Shown here: one piece after another, positions 63,626 to 64,000 of the stretch
Layout: every line of letters begins with the position of its first letter
How positions within the stretch are numbered: position 1 is the stretch's first letter
Assembly: GCA_002189035.1 (NCBI GenBank)
Contig: CM007991.1
Coordinates: 124,001-188,000, forward strand
DNA length: 64,000 nt
Source of the DNA: Utricularia gibba
Lineage: Eukaryota; Plantae; Magnoliophyta
Reading direction: 5' to 3'
Notes under the pieces: generated by a model
The model's database searches: none
What the model was told of the DNA's origin: nothing
The model's input: only the letters and a program-made list of their open reading frames with translations
Made by a program: the position numbers and the translations under genes

Positions 63626-64000
63626 GAATGTAAATTCCTCAATCCTCGGGGGCAAATAGGTAACGCCATTTTTATATATATTTTGCATATAAATGCCTTT
63701 TGTGCTTGCATATTATACATATTTCCTTGGGTACTGAAACCATATAATTCCTTAAATACCAATAAAATAAAATATTTGCCAAATGCGCACTTTAAATATC
63801 GGTGTGGCCAAATTGGAGTAAGCAGCATACTTGCAACCACCACGCTTGCTTCTTTGTCGTTTTCACCCCTCCAACACACACTCCGACCTAGTCTCGTTCT
63901 TCCTATCCGACTTTATGATAATATCCGACACTCAAATAATCAAATTGAGTTAATATTATTATGAGTTCCTTGAATGCCATATATGTTAATTAATTATATT

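Overview
Eukaryotic nuclear DNA from a very gene-dense eudicot plant genome. I resolve 23 protein-coding loci in 64 kb, with mostly 70-100 nt introns and intergenic gaps as short as 90 bp. This compactness resembles miniature genomes such as Lentibulariaceae (Utricularia/Genlisea), but the taxon is an unverified inference. In order: full-size ABCG/PDR transporter (5'-truncated by the window), A20/AN1 SAP, SWIB-Plus3-GYF protein, DRT100-like LRR, FBH-type bHLH, EMSY-like, HD-Zip II, B3, a decayed zinc-ribbon/RING-H2 E3 pseudogene, PP2A catalytic subunit, neprosin-like protein, SWIB/MDM2 protein, PGAP1-like hydrolase, DUF1005, RWP-RK, NPH3/BTB, RGG/HABP4 RNA-binding protein, P5CR, ATL RING-H2, UBC E2, ELMO/CED-12, WRKY12 and an ATL4-like RING-H2. 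No tRNA, rRNA, CRISPR or intact transposon is supportable. I found no clear novel multi-gene system. The most notable observations are: an intact secreted neprosin lacking its second catalytic Glu (WGGE->WGGV); a textbook U12 AT-AC intron; a RING pseudogene whose 3' end carries an open tandem ~66-aa duplication; a 4-nt frameshift in the SAP A20 finger; frame breaks in several otherwise conserved genes, probably partly assembly errors; two GC-AG introns; and an RWP-RK gene ending only 90 bp from a convergent gene. Gene models are manual splice reconstructions.
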